This document shows positions 1 through 13,933 of a DNA stretch of 64,000 nt, in pieces. The stretch spans positions 14,074,001-14,138,000 of the forward strand of contig NC_043021.1 in the NCBI RefSeq assembly GCF_006345805.1. The letters run 5' to 3'. Source of the DNA: Octopus sinensis (Eukaryota). The position numbers and the translations under genes were made by a program. Within the stretch, counting starts at the first letter, position 1, and every line of letters begins with the position of its first letter. The notes under the pieces were generated by a model. The model had not been told where the DNA came from. It did no database searches and worked only from the letters and a program-made list of their open reading frames with translations.

Positions 1-1032
1 TTCTTTACCTCTACCTTCAGCTGACCACGTGACCATTTGGCCAAGTGTATTAATATTAATTACCTTTCTCTAATTTTTCCTCCTCTCTCTCTCTCTTTCT
101 CTCTCTCTCTACACTTCTCTCTCACTCCACCTCTCTCTCACTCCACCTCTCTCTCACTTCACCTCTCTACTAACCAATGTATAACAGGCAAATGAACAAG
201 CAGATTATATATATATATATAAAGTACTGGTATGACTCAGTGGCAGTGTAGTAAGAAGCTGGCTTACCAACCACATGGTTCCGGGTTCAGTCCCACTGTG
301 TGGCACTTTGAGCAAGTGTCTTCTGCTATAACCTCAGGCTGACCAAAGCCTTGTGAGTGGATTTGATAAATGGAAACTGAAAGAAGTCCATCATATATGT
401 ATGTATATTTGTGTGTCTTTGCATCTATGTTTGTATCCCGCCTCCATCACTTGACAACTGATGTTGGTGTGTTTATTTATGTCCCCGTAACTTACTTTGG
501 CTAAGTTATGGGGATGCTTTATCAAGCAGTGGTGGGGGACAAACACAGACACATGCATACATACATACATACAGTTTTAGATATGGAAAAAATAAATGAA
601 AGTTTATTCACTCACGATGTAAAAAAATAAGATCATAGGAAAGAATTTCATTAGATAACAAACTTTTGTCCTGAGCCACAGTTCAACGAATAAAGAATTA
701 ATTTATGTATCAGATTCGCATTGAAAATACATTAACTACACTATGGCTTAAATAGAAATGTAATTAACAGACAGCAAACAAAAAAAAAAAGTAATAATAA
801 TAATGATGATAATGGGAAAAGTGTATAAAACCAGGCCAATAACTGAATTCCAACCAGTGCAAGGATGGGCTGAATGGTTAAGAAGCTTGCATTGCTATCA
901 CATGATTTCACATGATTTGTGATTCAGTCCTACCGTGTGGGGTTAAGGGTTGTCTACTTTAGCTCCTGGTTAACCAGTGCCCTATGCAGAAACTTGTTAG
1001 TTGGAAACTGCAGAAGGTCTGTTGTGTGTGCG

Positions 1033-1079
<47 letters not shown>

Positions 1080-1092
1080 GTGTGTGTGTGTA

Positions 1093-1304
1093 CAAGGGGG
1101 TGATGAAAAGTTCCTGGCTTTAGGAGTATTGTGAAAGACCTGGTTGGAGGCCCAACCTTCTGAGTTCCTTTACAGGGCTTAGAAAGACTGAAGGACCACT
1201 GCAATAAGAGTGTGAATCTGAGAGGGGAATATTTTGAATAAAATCATAATTAACTGACCCTGCTGTATTTTTTACCCAAAGCCAGGAACTTTTCAGCAAA
1301 CTCG
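1093..1304 (+). mobile_element. Mariner-derived MITE (about 212 bp)
   Basis: Imperfect TIRs caagggggtgatgaaaagttcctggcttt / aaagccaggaacttttcagcaaactcg with TA at 1091-1092. The interior encodes DHCNKSVNLRGEYFE*, resembling a mariner transposase C-terminus. Confidence 0.75.
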
Positions 1305-1760
1305 CATGGGTGTGTGTGTATATATATATATCATAACAGTGATCTTGAACAAAACACTTAATTTCATGTTACCCTGCAATTATTTTGATGTCTGACACAT
1401 GGTACACTGTGCACCCATGCAGATATTATCGGTTCAATGGAGGAAGTGAGTTAATGTACGGCACAAAAATTTGATCACTTATAAACGAATCATCCTCTGA
1501 GCAGGTTGTTCAGCGAGCAATTACAGAACTCTCATCTACAACAGGAGAGTCCCCCCACCTCCCCTCTCTCCTCGCATGAGGCAGCCATGTTTCCCCTCTA
1601 ATGCAAAATTCTTTTTTTTCTGCTCCTTGATACCACCCCCCCCCCACCTCAGTTGAGGGGGCTTGTCTTACAAGTTACTTGGCGACCTCACTGCTGCTGG
1701 TGTCACATAAAATGCACCCAGGACACACTGTAAAGTGGTTGGTATTAGGAAGGCAGAAAC

Positions 1761-1990
1761 GAGCTGGCAAAAACGTCAGCACGCCGGGCGAAATGCTTAC
1801 TGGTATTTTGTCTGTCTTTACGTTCTGAGTTCAAATTTTGCCAAGGTCGACTTTGCCTTTCATCCTTTTGGGGTCGATAAATTAAGTACCAGTTACGCAC
1901 TGGGGTCGATGTAATCGACTTAATACCTATGTCTGTCCTTGTTTGTTCCCTCTATGTTTAGCCTCTTGTGGGTAATAAAGAAATAGGTAT
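1761..1990 (+). mobile_element. SINE family B (tRNA head plus gcctttcatccttt-ggggtcgataaa central domain)
   Basis: Same sequence recurs at about 5625-5760, 12296-12520(-), 31880-32050(-), 33285-33490(-), 35570-35802, 44739-44970, 50437-50645 and 59980-60140(-). It has a gagttcaaat B-box-like motif. Confidence 0.85.
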
Positions 1991-3364
1991 TAGGAAGGGA
2001 ATCCAGCCATAGAAACCATGCCAAAACAGAGAGGATTGGTGCAGCCTTCTGACTTGCCAGTTCCTGTGAAACCATCCAACCTATGCCTGCATGGAAAATG
2101 GATGTTGTATGATGATGATGATGATGATGATGATGGTTCCAAAACCACATGATTGCAGAGCAAATTTCTTTATCATACAACCATGCCAGTGCCAATCATT
2201 GGGGGTATTCTTCTATTTATGGTGCCACATGTTCGTTCATAGTGAGCCAGAGTTCATATTGCTTGACTGATCCAGAAGTTGGACTCACACCTACTTGCTA
2301 AACTACTACACATAACACTTGACACTTAATAATTTATTCACCCTCCCATTGTCCCAATTACTCCGACAAATATGCTTTTGGCAAACCCGCCTCCATTACA
2401 GAGGTTCTCAAACTATAGAATACAACCCCAGAAAATAATGAAATCCTTTTGGTCCTCACTATTTTATTAATGAGTAGAAATAAAATTGGGATTTGCATCC
2501 ACATAATTCTTCTTTCTTCATCATGCTGTCAGACAAGTTTAACCCTTTAACTGAGAAATAAAATTTTATGGTTATACCGGTAATGATATTAAATACCTAC
2601 CAAAAATCTGAATTGGTTATTTTCTACAAGTCACATTGCCTAAGTAAACTTGATGTATCTCAACAGAGGACAGTTTCAGATATGATATTCCTCAACAAAA
2701 GAGAGATTGGTTTTTTAAACTGCATTCTGTAGTTAAAGATAACGAAATTTTGAGTGGATATATCTGATTCCCGTAGTAACAAAGTTAAACAGTTTAAAAC
2801 TATATGAATTTAATTAAATACAACAATCTGTCTGCTCTACTTTTTGACCTTCAGAGCCCTCCATCAAGCCCTCTGCCTCATGCAAAACACTGAATTAGGT
2901 CACCTTGGTAACAAAAGCTATCAACTACTTCAGTGGAACATTCCAAGCATTTGAAAGAAATTATCTCATGTGTAATTCTTTGCGCTGCTGCTCCTGTACC
3001 TGCCACATATGAAGTCGTCTACTTATCAATCTGCCTGTGACCCTGCAACACACTTTGTGCATTCACGGTTTACAAAGGTATACTGTAAGGAATTCCTAGC
3101 CAGTCCATTTTTTTGAATAGTGACTATGACCATTTTCTCAATAGCACTAATGTCCTATCTTCTTTCCTGCTAACTATAACTTTACTCCAGAGGCATAATA
3201 CAAAATAGAAAGTGACAGTGCACTCCCCTGTCCAAGGGCAGGTGTAGAGGGATACAAAATTTTCTCTTGCTTATCATGTCTTGTAATCCATTGCCTCTCC
3301 TTTCGTTGTAAATGTCCATGCTTATTTTCAGACTTTTTAATTATCCCTTATTTCATACATTCTA

Positions 3365-3930
3365 AGTAATATAATGCACACTGACATTGCACATCCAGCG
3401 AAGCATACCAGCTTCATTTCTTTCAAGCCTATGCATGTCCTTGGCTGTCACAACCCATGTTTCACTGCCATGTAGCATGGCTGTTTGCACACAGACATTA
3501 TACAATCTGCCTTTCACTCTGAGCAAGAGGCCTTTTGTTACCAGCAGGCGTAGGAGCTCTCTGAACTTTGTCCAGCCTTTTCTTATTCTTACAGCTACAC
3601 TCTCGGTGCATCGACCTCCACTACTGACTTGGTCACCTAGATAATAATGGAAGCTATCAACTACCTCTAGCTTACCCACTGGCATTTGAGAGTCTATTTT
3701 TTTGTAAATTTTTAGCGTTAATTGCACCTGTGCACCTCCCGCACACAAAAACTATTTTCCCAGTTAACCTTTTTCTGATATTGTTGCTCCTATGGGTTCA
3801 TAGCTTGCATCAAGTACATCTTATGGAGTTTCTACCAACACCTTTCCTACAGATTGAGCAGGGCCAGCTACCTGAAAGGATTTGTGATTTGTCTGCTCTC
3901 CTACTGAGGGCTTTTGATTCTTTATTTCTT
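3365..3930 (-). mobile_element. Degenerate RTE LINE fragment (RT C-terminal part with Cys/His finger)
   Basis: ORF pieces WPCSICRKGVGRNSIRCT, LEVVDSFHYYLGDQVSSGG and AMLHGSETW match the RTE ORF at 37688-39022 but are broken by frameshifts. Confidence 0.92.
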
Positions 3931-4202
3931 GAGTAAGCTGAGGGTGTGCGATTATTATTTTCTGAAACAAAGATTATACAGAGTGAGCAAAAAGTGCAGC
4001 AATGACCCAAAAAAGGTATGTCCTCAAATACCTTACACACCCTGTACATATATATATCCTTGTGTGTGTCTTTTAGGGTGGGTGTAGCTTAGTCATGCTT
4101 ATGTGCCTGCTTATATCTGCCTTTTAGGGGTGGAGTGTGTAGCTTAGCCTCTTATATCCTCATGCCTGTGTGTGTATATATTCATGACTGTGTGTATACA
4201 TA

Positions 4203-4251
<49 letters not shown>

Positions 4252-4344
4252 ATGTCCCTATCTAGCATCATATGCAGTGGGCATCATTATCAGTTTATTT
4301 ATGAGAGATCAGGTGTCACTGTTGATGTCATTGGGGAGAGAACA

Positions 4345-4423
<79 letters not shown>

Positions 4424-5228
4424 GCGGGGAGACAGACAAGGTTAGGAACAAAAAGAGATTGAAAGATAAGACAGAGAAGTGGAGAAACAAATATACATAT
4501 GTGCATGCGTGTGCACACACACAAACAATCTCCCACCCCAACCCCGGGCTAAAGAATCTTAAGTTGACATGCAGTAAGACAAATAAAAAAAGAAACAAGA
4601 TGAGTAGTAGTAGTAGTAGTAGTAGTTTTTGTTGAATGATGATGATGGGAAAGAACAAGAGGATGAAAGGTGGGAAAGTATGGTGCAGGAGGAAGTTGAG
4701 GTAATTAAAGGTAGTTTGGAACATGTGACTAGGTAAAGGTGAGAAGAGAGGTTTATTACCTGGGCAGATAACTGCTGTGGTTGTTGATTGAAAAACTGGA
4801 TATAAGGGGTGTCAGATGTGTTCGAGAAAGAAGACCAAACTGATATGGACATGGGACATGTAGGAACAGGTACAGCTGAATAAAGAAGATCCTGGTTGGC
4901 CAGTCACTTAATGTGGCTGGATGGAACCAGTAGAAGAGGAAGACTTAGGAAGATATGGAATGAAGTGCTGACCTCAGGAGCTGCTGCCTAATGGATGAGA
5001 TGACAAATGACTGGGATCTCTGGTGATATGAGGTCCTCAAAATGACTTGCCCTGCTCAGTAGGAGTGAGTACTGCAAACGCTATATCTTAGGTCCTCCAC
5101 TTGTTACAGTGACTCCCTCCTTTCACGTACTATGTCTATGTCTTCCGCTCGCCTTCTCTCTTGTCATGTGTGCGTGTGTTACATATTTAAAATATATTAA
5201 GGCAGAAACATTGGAGTGGCTGTGTATA

Positions 5229-5618
5229 GGCGCAGGAGTGGCTGTGTGGTAATTAGCTTGCTTACCAACACATGGTTCCGGGTTCAGTCTCACTGTGTGG
5301 CACCTTGAGCAAGTGTCTTCTACTATAACCTTGGGCCTACCAAAGCTTTGTGAGTGGATTTGGTAGATGGAAACTGAAAGAATCCCATCGTATATATATG
5401 TATATATATATATATATATGTGTGTGTCTGTGTTTGTCTCCCCAACATCACTTGACAACCGATGCTGGTGTTTTTACATCCCCATAACTTAGCGGTTCAG
5501 CAAAAGAGACCGATAGAATAAGTACTAGGCTTACAAAGAATAAGTCCTGGGGTCGATTTGCTCGACTAAAGGTGGTGCTCCAGCATGGCCACAGTCAAAT
5601 GACTGAAACAAGTAAAAG
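5229..5618 (+). mobile_element. SINE family A, near full length (tRNA head, internal (TA)n(TG)n, 3' tail)
   Basis: ggcgcaggagtggctgtgtggtaa head, gggttcagtc B-box-like motif, internal microsatellite and conserved tail ...cagtcaaatgactgaaacaagtaaaag. More than 20 copies or fragments occur in the window. Confidence 0.9.
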
Positions 5619-6427
5619 CGTATGCTGGGCAAAATGCTTAGCAGTATTCCTTTCATCCTTTCAGGGTTGATAAATTAAGTACCAGTTGCGTAGTGGAGTC
5701 GATCTAATCGACTGCCCCCTCCCCCCTCCCCCAAAATTTTGGGCCTTTCTCCTAAAGTAGAAAAGAATATATTTTATATATATATATATAAGTGCAGATG
5801 TGGCTATGTAGTAAGAAGTTTGCTTCCCAACCACATGGTTCTGGGTTCAGTTGTAGTGCATGGCATCTTGGGCTAGTGTCTTCAACTATAGCTTTGGACC
5901 ACCCAAAAGCCAGCCTTGTGAGTGAATTTGGTAGATGGAAACAGAAAGAAGCCTGTCGTGTGTGTGTGTGTGTGCCTTTGTGCCTGTGTTGGTCCCCCCC
6001 ACCACCACTACCACCACCACCCCTACCACTTGACAGCCAGTGTTTGTCACTGTTTGTATCCCTCTAATGTAGCAGTTCAGTAAAAGAGACTGATGGAATA
6101 AGCAGCAGGCTTAAAAATAATTAGTCCTAAGGTTTATTCATTCGACTAAAGTTCTTCAGGGGAGTGCTCCAGCATGGCCACAGCGCTAATGACCGAAACA
6201 ATTAAAAGATAAATGATTTATAAACTCATATCAACTTTATGTTGTCAGATCAAAAGGATTAAATCCAATGATACCAAAATCAACAAAGGAGGCTTGTTTA
6301 CAAAGTTCTAGCATAACACTAAATTTAATTGAAAGGTGCTTTCCGAAAGACCTTTCAGTAAAAACCTAAGTACCACCCCACTCAAACCCATGCACCCAAA
6401 GATGATTTTTTAACTTAACAGATACTA

Positions 6428-6820
6428 GGCGCAGGAGTGGCTGTGTGGTAAGTAGCTTGCTTACCAACCACATGGTTCCGGGTTCAGTCCCACTGCGTGG
6501 CATCTTGGGCAAGTGTCTTCTATTATAGCCTCGGGCCAACCAAAGCCTTGTGAGTGGATTTGGTAGACGGAAACTGAAAGAAGCCCGTCGTATATATGTA
6601 TATATATATATGTGTATGTATGTTTGTGTCTGTGTTTGTCCCCCTAGCATTGCTTGACAACCAATGTTGGTGTGTTTACGTGCCCGTCACTTAGCGGTTT
6701 GGCAAAAGAGACCGATAGAATAAGTACTGGGCTTACAAAGAATAAGTCCCAGGGTCGATTTGCTCGACTAAAGGTGGTGCTCCAGCATGGCCGCAGTCAA
6801 ATGACTGAAACAAGTAAGAG
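6428..6820 (+). mobile_element. SINE family A, full length
   Basis: Colinear with the copies at 5229, 34731 and 58049 from head to tail. Confidence 0.92.
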
Positions 6821-7019
6821 AGAGAGAGAGTATGTAAAGGCAAAACCAACTCTAATGCATCATAGTCCAATGGTGGCTTAACTGGACGAAACTTTGAGGT
6901 TACTGTCACCAACATTCTTGTATAAGAACAATAAATTGGTACTCTACAAAAGTACAGAGCAACCCATTGGGTTAATTGTTTTTATCATAACTGAACATAG
7001 AAATAAACATTAATACACA

Positions 7020-7071
<52 letters not shown>

Positions 7072-8844
7072 CACATATTTATATATATCAAACAGTAAAC
7101 ACAGATGACATTTACAGCACTTGAAGTCTGTAGTTCATGTTTTATATATTTCACTGTGAGCTTTATGTGTTTGTATCTAGTTATTTCCTTCTGTCCTACA
7201 TGTTGATGCACCTGGATTCCTAAAGGGTCCTAATAATTATATTGTATATGTACGTCCATTACCGTCAATGGTTATTTTTAGTACTTTTCTCGCTGTATTG
7301 TGTATTTGGTTCGGTTTTTTTTTTTTTTGCATCTGTTATTCTATTTTTGATCTACTGTATAAATGAAGACATATCCTTTAATTTGCTGCTTATCTTTACA
7401 CGAAATGAGGAGATACATTGCAGAATGAGACACCTCTTCACCGCCAGATGATCCTGAACCAGTTGCTAAGTATCCTACCCGTGAGAGATTAATGCTGGAT
7501 GTGTTGAAACAATTGTTGTGATTAATAAAAATTCTCATACCTTCCAACTTCCCTCTACCACACACACACACACATATATACATAAATATATATACATACA
7601 TATATGTGTATACATATATATATACACATATATGTATATACATATATATACATACATATATGTGTATACATACAATTGCCTAAGTTGGCATGCAGTGGGA
7701 CTGCCTGGTTTTGATTTTTCCTCTAATATGATATATACAAGCTATAACAGAACCCTGACACAGAACCCTAGATTTAGCCTTTGCTGTAGTTGACCAACTA
7801 TAGCACTTACCCAGTGTACCCATTTGTTTACATCACAAGTGAATTAAACCCCTCATATTCTTCATATATATATATATATATATGAATTTTGTATGTATAA
7901 GTACACACATATATATACAAATTTTGCATAGTGCTGGGGTTGATTTGTTTGACTAAAATTCATCGAGGCAGTGCCCCAGCATGGCTGCAGTCTAATGATT
8001 GAAAAATGAAAGTAAAAAGATATATAATTTTGCAGAAACACAGTAATTACCTGCTTCGTAGGAAACGAAGGAATCCAAGAAAGCTTCTGGCAATTGGTAT
8101 CGGCATTGAGAGAGGAATTTTTATATAAATTAATCACAAAGTTGCTGTATTGACTGCAGCTGTGTTTCTCTACCTGTCAAAGCTGTCCAAAAATCAGCTT
8201 CGATGTATTGCATTCTTCTTCAATTTCACTGTATATAAATACACACACACACCCACCCTCTTGCGTACATACACATGCATTTAAGATGGTCATAGTGATG
8301 ATGATGATAATGCTGATAATCTTGATTTTGATGATGATGACGATGATGATGATGATGACAATGAACTTTCCCATCAAGAACAGCATATGAATGTTCAGTA
8401 ATAAAGGTTAAAATATAATTCATAAAAGCTGATAAAAGATCTAAATAAATGGAAACAAGAATTGATAAAAAAAGAAAAAATTGATAAAATTAATAACAAT
8501 TACAGCCAAAAAATTAAGCTAAATAATTATGACATCTCACTGATTACATTTTAGCTTTTGTGTGTCAGTGTCCCCTTGCATGCCTTTTGCTCAGAACAAA
8601 CAGGATAGCTGTCACCCTTCGACCTGCAGCAGAGCTGACAGACGTAGCAAATATATTAATTTTCTAATACTGCATGGAATGAGTCTTTGATTTAGAAAAG
8701 AGTTTGTTTTCATGCTTTAATTTCAGCTCTTTCTCTAGGAACTGTGAACCCTTTCAAAGAATTAATTATACCAAGATTGACAACTGAGAGGAAAGTGCTC
8801 CCTAGGTTGTAGATATGTTTCCAGTTGCTTCTGTCATTCCTTAA

Positions 8845-9062
8845 CCCTGTAGCATTTAAACCAGCCATATCAGGTCAAAACATTCTACCTGTTTTATGCT
8901 TGAACCAGCCAGATCTGTCATCTCACACCTACCCTACAATGTCATTGTAAAAATAAACAATCGCATCATCAAAATCTCAGCTATAAGATAATGCATGATT
9001 AATTTAAAACAATGTGAATAAATAAGCATTACATTGGACAGAATAATCTGAATGCTAAAGGG
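8845..9062. mobile_element. TTAA-flanked piggyBac-like MITE (218 bp)
   Basis: TTAA|CCC...GGG|TTAA ends. Homologous to 45288-45508 and, inverted, to 53237-53455. Confidence 0.8.
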
Positions 9063-9397
9063 TTAATCTTGTTTTTGTAATGTAAGGCATGTATACACCA
9101 GCCTGTTACCTCCGGGCCCCTTCAAGCCTAGGAGCTCAATGATAATCTATCTATGCTGTGTAGGCATTACCCTGGATCCTAAAATATTAAGGACATCTGT
9201 GGGTACAGTAATGATTTTCTGACACATCATGGGATTGGATTAAATAACTGACTATACAGGAGTATTTTGAGGGATTCTAGTATCTTCTATATGAAGGACA
9301 GGTCTTACGCAGTGCTTCTGTGCATGTCATAAAAACTCTTCAATTCCTTTTTCCAGAAAATCACTGTTTGGGACCTTGTCATCTCCTGAAATATTAC

Positions 9398-9665
9398 GTC
9401 ATCATCGTTTAACGTCCGTTTTCCATGCTAGCATGGGTTGAACGGTTCAACTGGGGTCTGGGAAGCTAGAAGGCTGTGCCAGGCCCAGTCTGATCTGGCA
9501 GTGTTTCTACAGCTGGATGCCCTTCCTAATGCCAACCACTCCGTGAGTGTAGTGGGTGCTTTTTACAAGCCACCGGCACAGGTGCCAGACGAGGCTGGCA
9601 ACGGCCGCAATTGGATGGTGCTTTTTATGTGCCACCGGCATGGAGGCCAGTCGGGGCGGCGCTGG
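9398..9665 (-). mobile_element. RTE 3'-tail repeat (family C)
   Basis: catcatcgtttaacgtccgttttccatgctagcatggg is the reverse of the RTE 3' end at 37094-37300. Other copies at about 2000-2135, 14550-14870, 27680-27935, 44540-44725, 46375-46530 and 49725-50190(-). Confidence 0.88.
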
Positions 9666-11869
9666 CAATGGCCACGTGGTTTCAAATTTTGGCACAAGGC
9701 CAGCAAGGTCAGAGGTGGTGGGTAAGTCAATTACATTGACCCTAGTGCTCTAAATTTACTCTTGTTGCTAGATATTTTAATCATCAAAAAACATTAACAT
9801 AAACATCAACATCTACAAATTGTTTACACCTTGACATTGAAATACTCTACAATACTGTTTATGTCTTGACATTGAGAACATGTTCAATCATTGTGAATTG
9901 TAGAAACTTGAAATAAGAGACTCAGGAATTAAAATAAATACTATTTGAATGACAGAACTCATCAAGGTTAATTACTAATGGAAGATAATGGAATAAAACA
10001 TGCCTATGCCATGAGCATTCAAGAATTATGAAGGACAAAAAAATTAACTACTAGCATCAAATTACCCACTAATAACACAACACCAATAGTCAAAAAGTAT
10101 GGTTGCTCTAAACTGCAGAAGCTGTATTGGCCTGAGAGAAGACATCTATCTATAATCCATTCAAAGTCAGTTTGAATCTTGCTTGCTTGCCTGCTTGCAA
10201 TGTTACCCAGCCAAACTGGTGCATACTGGGAAAATACTATGAATTAAGTTGTTAATATGAACGGAATAAAACAAGTTTCATGTAAATCGGACAAGTAGTT
10301 TTAAAGATATTAGAGGTTTACAGGTATAAATACCTAAAACGGTGCAAAATGGGAAAATATTCCGAAAATAATCTTCATCCTGAAAGGGAAGAAACTCTTA
10401 TCTTTCTATTAGACAGTGACTTGACAATGAAAAAATATGATTTTTTTGTTACAGTAAATGTTTCTAATTTCACTTTTATTAAACACAATATTTTAATCAT
10501 TTAGAAATATTTTTAAGTGAATGTGATTTCAAAATGTAAGTTGTTTGTATAGTAAGTATTTATATTTTAGCTTTCTTTAAACAGACAATATATTAATGTT
10601 TTTTTAAATCATTTTCAAGTGAATACCATTACAAAAGTTTTTGCTTATTTAAAAAATATTTTGAAGTGAAAATGACTTAAAAAATACAGTAAATATTTCA
10701 TAAAAGACCTGTTCATAACCTCAGTGTGAAATAGATTTTTCCATAGGTGTTTTTTCGAGTGCATTTCACCTCCAATGATTTCGCTGCTATTTCTAGAAGC
10801 TATTTGCAATAAAGGACCCAAAATAGCTGTTATGTGGTATCAGGGCATGCAAGAAATAGCAGCCAAATCATTCCCTTGAATGTTTACACGTGATTTCAAT
10901 GTTATATTCGTTGAAAGCATGCAAAAAAACCTGAAAATGGAAAAAAAACCCCCACAAAACAAAATTCCGTTGCTGGGAAACTCAGACTTTCTCCCTGACT
11001 TAATGGGTCACGGGTAGTCTAGTATCTTATAAATTTAAATTAGGACTTATAGTCACTGTAAAAAAAAAATCACTTGGTCATAACAAGTTTAATTTAAGTT
11101 ATTCGATGAGGATTACAAAGAATAAACAAAACTTATTTTGAAAAACAGTTTTAAAATTCAAAAGCAATGAATGTAAAATCATAACACCAGAAAGATTCCA
11201 CTAAATGAACATTCAGACTTACGCACAACAAACAGATAACCGCAGATCTGAGTCTCGCCACTTGTTTTGACAAAAACCACAGATCAGATAGGATTAAGTA
11301 AAGAAACCTACCAATCACAACTGAAGAAGCTATAACATATCAAATAGAGATATCACGCTATTGTAGTTCACATTCTCTCATACAAACACCTAAAAAACCA
11401 TATATTTTATTGTCACTCACAGAACAGCTAATAATACACTATTTCTGTGATTTTTAACTATTCTAAGAAACTCTTGTTCATACTATCCCATGATATGATC
11501 ACTAGATTAACACAGCTTTGACTTATGGTGCAGTTATCATTGATACCATCATGTAAGCTAATACTTGGGCATAATGCACAACTGTAATTCTTGCTGTCAC
11601 GTAGTACAATCACTGCACTTAAGCAGTTTAAACTTTTTGGTGTGGCTCATTCATCCAATAACATGAAACTTTGACCTAATGATCAGTTTTCAAAATCCTC
11701 TAAATTTCTCTGCAAAACTCAATGTCCAAAATTACTACTTCCTTTGACTCACCAAGAATATTCTAATAGTAACTCAGCATTCGCTTTCAGGCTTGTGGAC
11801 AAAATTGAGATGTCTATGGGAGTACAGATGCAGGCTCTCACAGAAGCTGTTAGCGTGTTGGACTAATTC

Positions 11870-12100
11870 TTTTACTTGTTTCAGACATTTGACTGTGGCC
11901 ATGCTGGAGTATTGCCTTGAAGGGTTTTAGCCGAAGAAATCAATCCCAGGACTTATTCCTTGTAAGACAAGTGCTTATTCTTTTGGTCTTTTTGCTGAAC
12001 CGCTAAGTTACAGGGACGTAAACACACCAACATCAGTTGTCAAGTGATGATAGGGGAACAAACACAGACACATACATACACACATATGTATGTATGTATG

Positions 12101-12153
<53 letters not shown>

Positions 12154-12285
12154 GCAACAGGCTTCTTTCTGTTTCTGTCTATCAAATCCACTTACAAGGC
12201 TTTGGTCAGCCTGAGACTATAGTATAAGACACTTGCCCAAGTGGGACTGAATCTGGAATCATGTGGTTGGGAAGCAAGCTTCTTA
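11870..12285 (-). mobile_element. SINE family A, diverged copy
   Basis: Reverse complement of the family A tail and head with an internal (CA)n/(TA)n. Confidence 0.85.
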
Positions 12286-13020
12286 TTTCTTTATTGCCCA
12301 CAAGGGGCTAAACATAGAAGGGACAAACAAGAACAGACAAAGGGATTAAGTTGATTACATTGACCCCAGTGTGTAACTGGTACTTAATTTATCGACACCG
12401 AAAGGATGAAAGACAAAGTCGACCTCGGCGGAATTTGAACTGAGAACGTAGCGGCAGACGAAATACTGCCAAGCATTTCGCCTGGTGTGCCAACGTTTCT
12501 GCCAGCTTGCTGCCTTCTTACTCACAGCCATACCTGCACCTAATGATTGTAAGATTGTAGTTTCAATTCTCTGATGAAGTATTTTGCTATGTTCTTGAGC
12601 AAAACATTTCACTTCACACTACTCCAGTTGAATCAGCTTAAAATGGGTACCAGCAACAGCTGGAGACTAACTGTGCAAGTGATTGATGTACTCTTTAGGG
12701 GTGAGCATTGTATGTACTCTTGGTCAATTACACACCACGGAAACTGGAAGAAGGTCAGCTTAATGGGCCCCTGAGATTGCGACAGATATAAAACCTATGA
12801 GGGAGCAGAGATTCTTCTTCTTTTCGCTGATGATGCCCACCATTGTGAAAATGTCAGCTGACTTAGTAAAAGCAAACACAAACACTACAGATAATGTGTG
12901 CATATGTCAAAGGTCATTGATGTATTTGTTTTACATTTGTTTTGTATATGTAATTATCATTGTGTGTGTGTATGGGTGTTTGGTAAATAGTCTGCTTCCC
13001 AACATGACTCTGGGAAAGTA

Positions 13021-13933
13021 TTGGGTTATCCAATAAATAATGCGGGGTTTTTTTTATACTTCTTTTATTTTTCAAAATTATGATAAAGTTTTTTTAAAAT
13101 CTAAAATGTACTCTCCTTCATTTTCTACAATGCTCTTCCATCTATCTGGTAGACTTGCAAGGCCACTCTTCCAAAATTCACTTGTCTGTGAAGAAAAATA
13201 CTCCTCCAGTACTCTTCTGACCTCGTCTGCAGAATTCCTATTTTTTCTGTCCAAACGATTTTGAAGACAGTGGAATAAATGATAATCAGATAGGGCAATG
13301 TCTGGCAAATATGGCGGGTGGGCATTGTTTCCCATTCAAACTGCTCCAGCCTCCTTTGGAATGTCATACTCGCTGTATGTGGCCGAGCATTATCCTGATG
13401 GAAGAACACCTTTTGTCTTGAAACCAAAGATGGTCATTTTTCTTCTAGCGCAGGTGTCAATGAATGGTTGAATGACCCAATCTAAGCTTCTCAGCTGATT
13501 CCACAACAGTTATGATGGGATTTTGTTTCACCAGGGTTTGCAAGACATCCTTGCCGAGCTCTACAGATCTTCCAGGATGAGGTTCATCTTCTAGGCTGTA
13601 GTTTCCAGCTTGGAATTTCTGGAACCACCATTGACATTGTCTTACACTTATAGTCCGATCTCCATATACTGCATTAATATTCCTCATACTTTCCATTGCA
13701 TTGTTGCCTTTCTTGAACTCATTAAGCAAAATATGCCGAATATGCTCCTTTGTCACTTCCATTATAGCTTTGAAAAAATAACAGAACTGCACTTTTCAAA
13801 ACTTGCACTAAGAATAAGTACAAGGTAAAATCTCCTGCTTTTACAGCAAATTGATGGAGATAGTTTATCTTGTACCCCTCTGACTTTTATTTTATGCAAT
13901 TGGAAAAACTGCATTATTTATGGGGTGACCCAA
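13021..13933 (-). mobile_element. Mariner (DD34D-type) transposon, internally deleted, nested in a SINE
   Basis: TIRs ttgggttatccaataaataatgc / gcattatttatggggtgacccaa with TA on both sides. Peptides MEVTKEHIRHILLNEF...WFQKFQAGNYSLEDEPHPGR (HTH), HQDNARPH and HPPYLPDIALSDYHLF. Frameshifted; the segment around the first catalytic D is missing. Confidence 0.93.
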
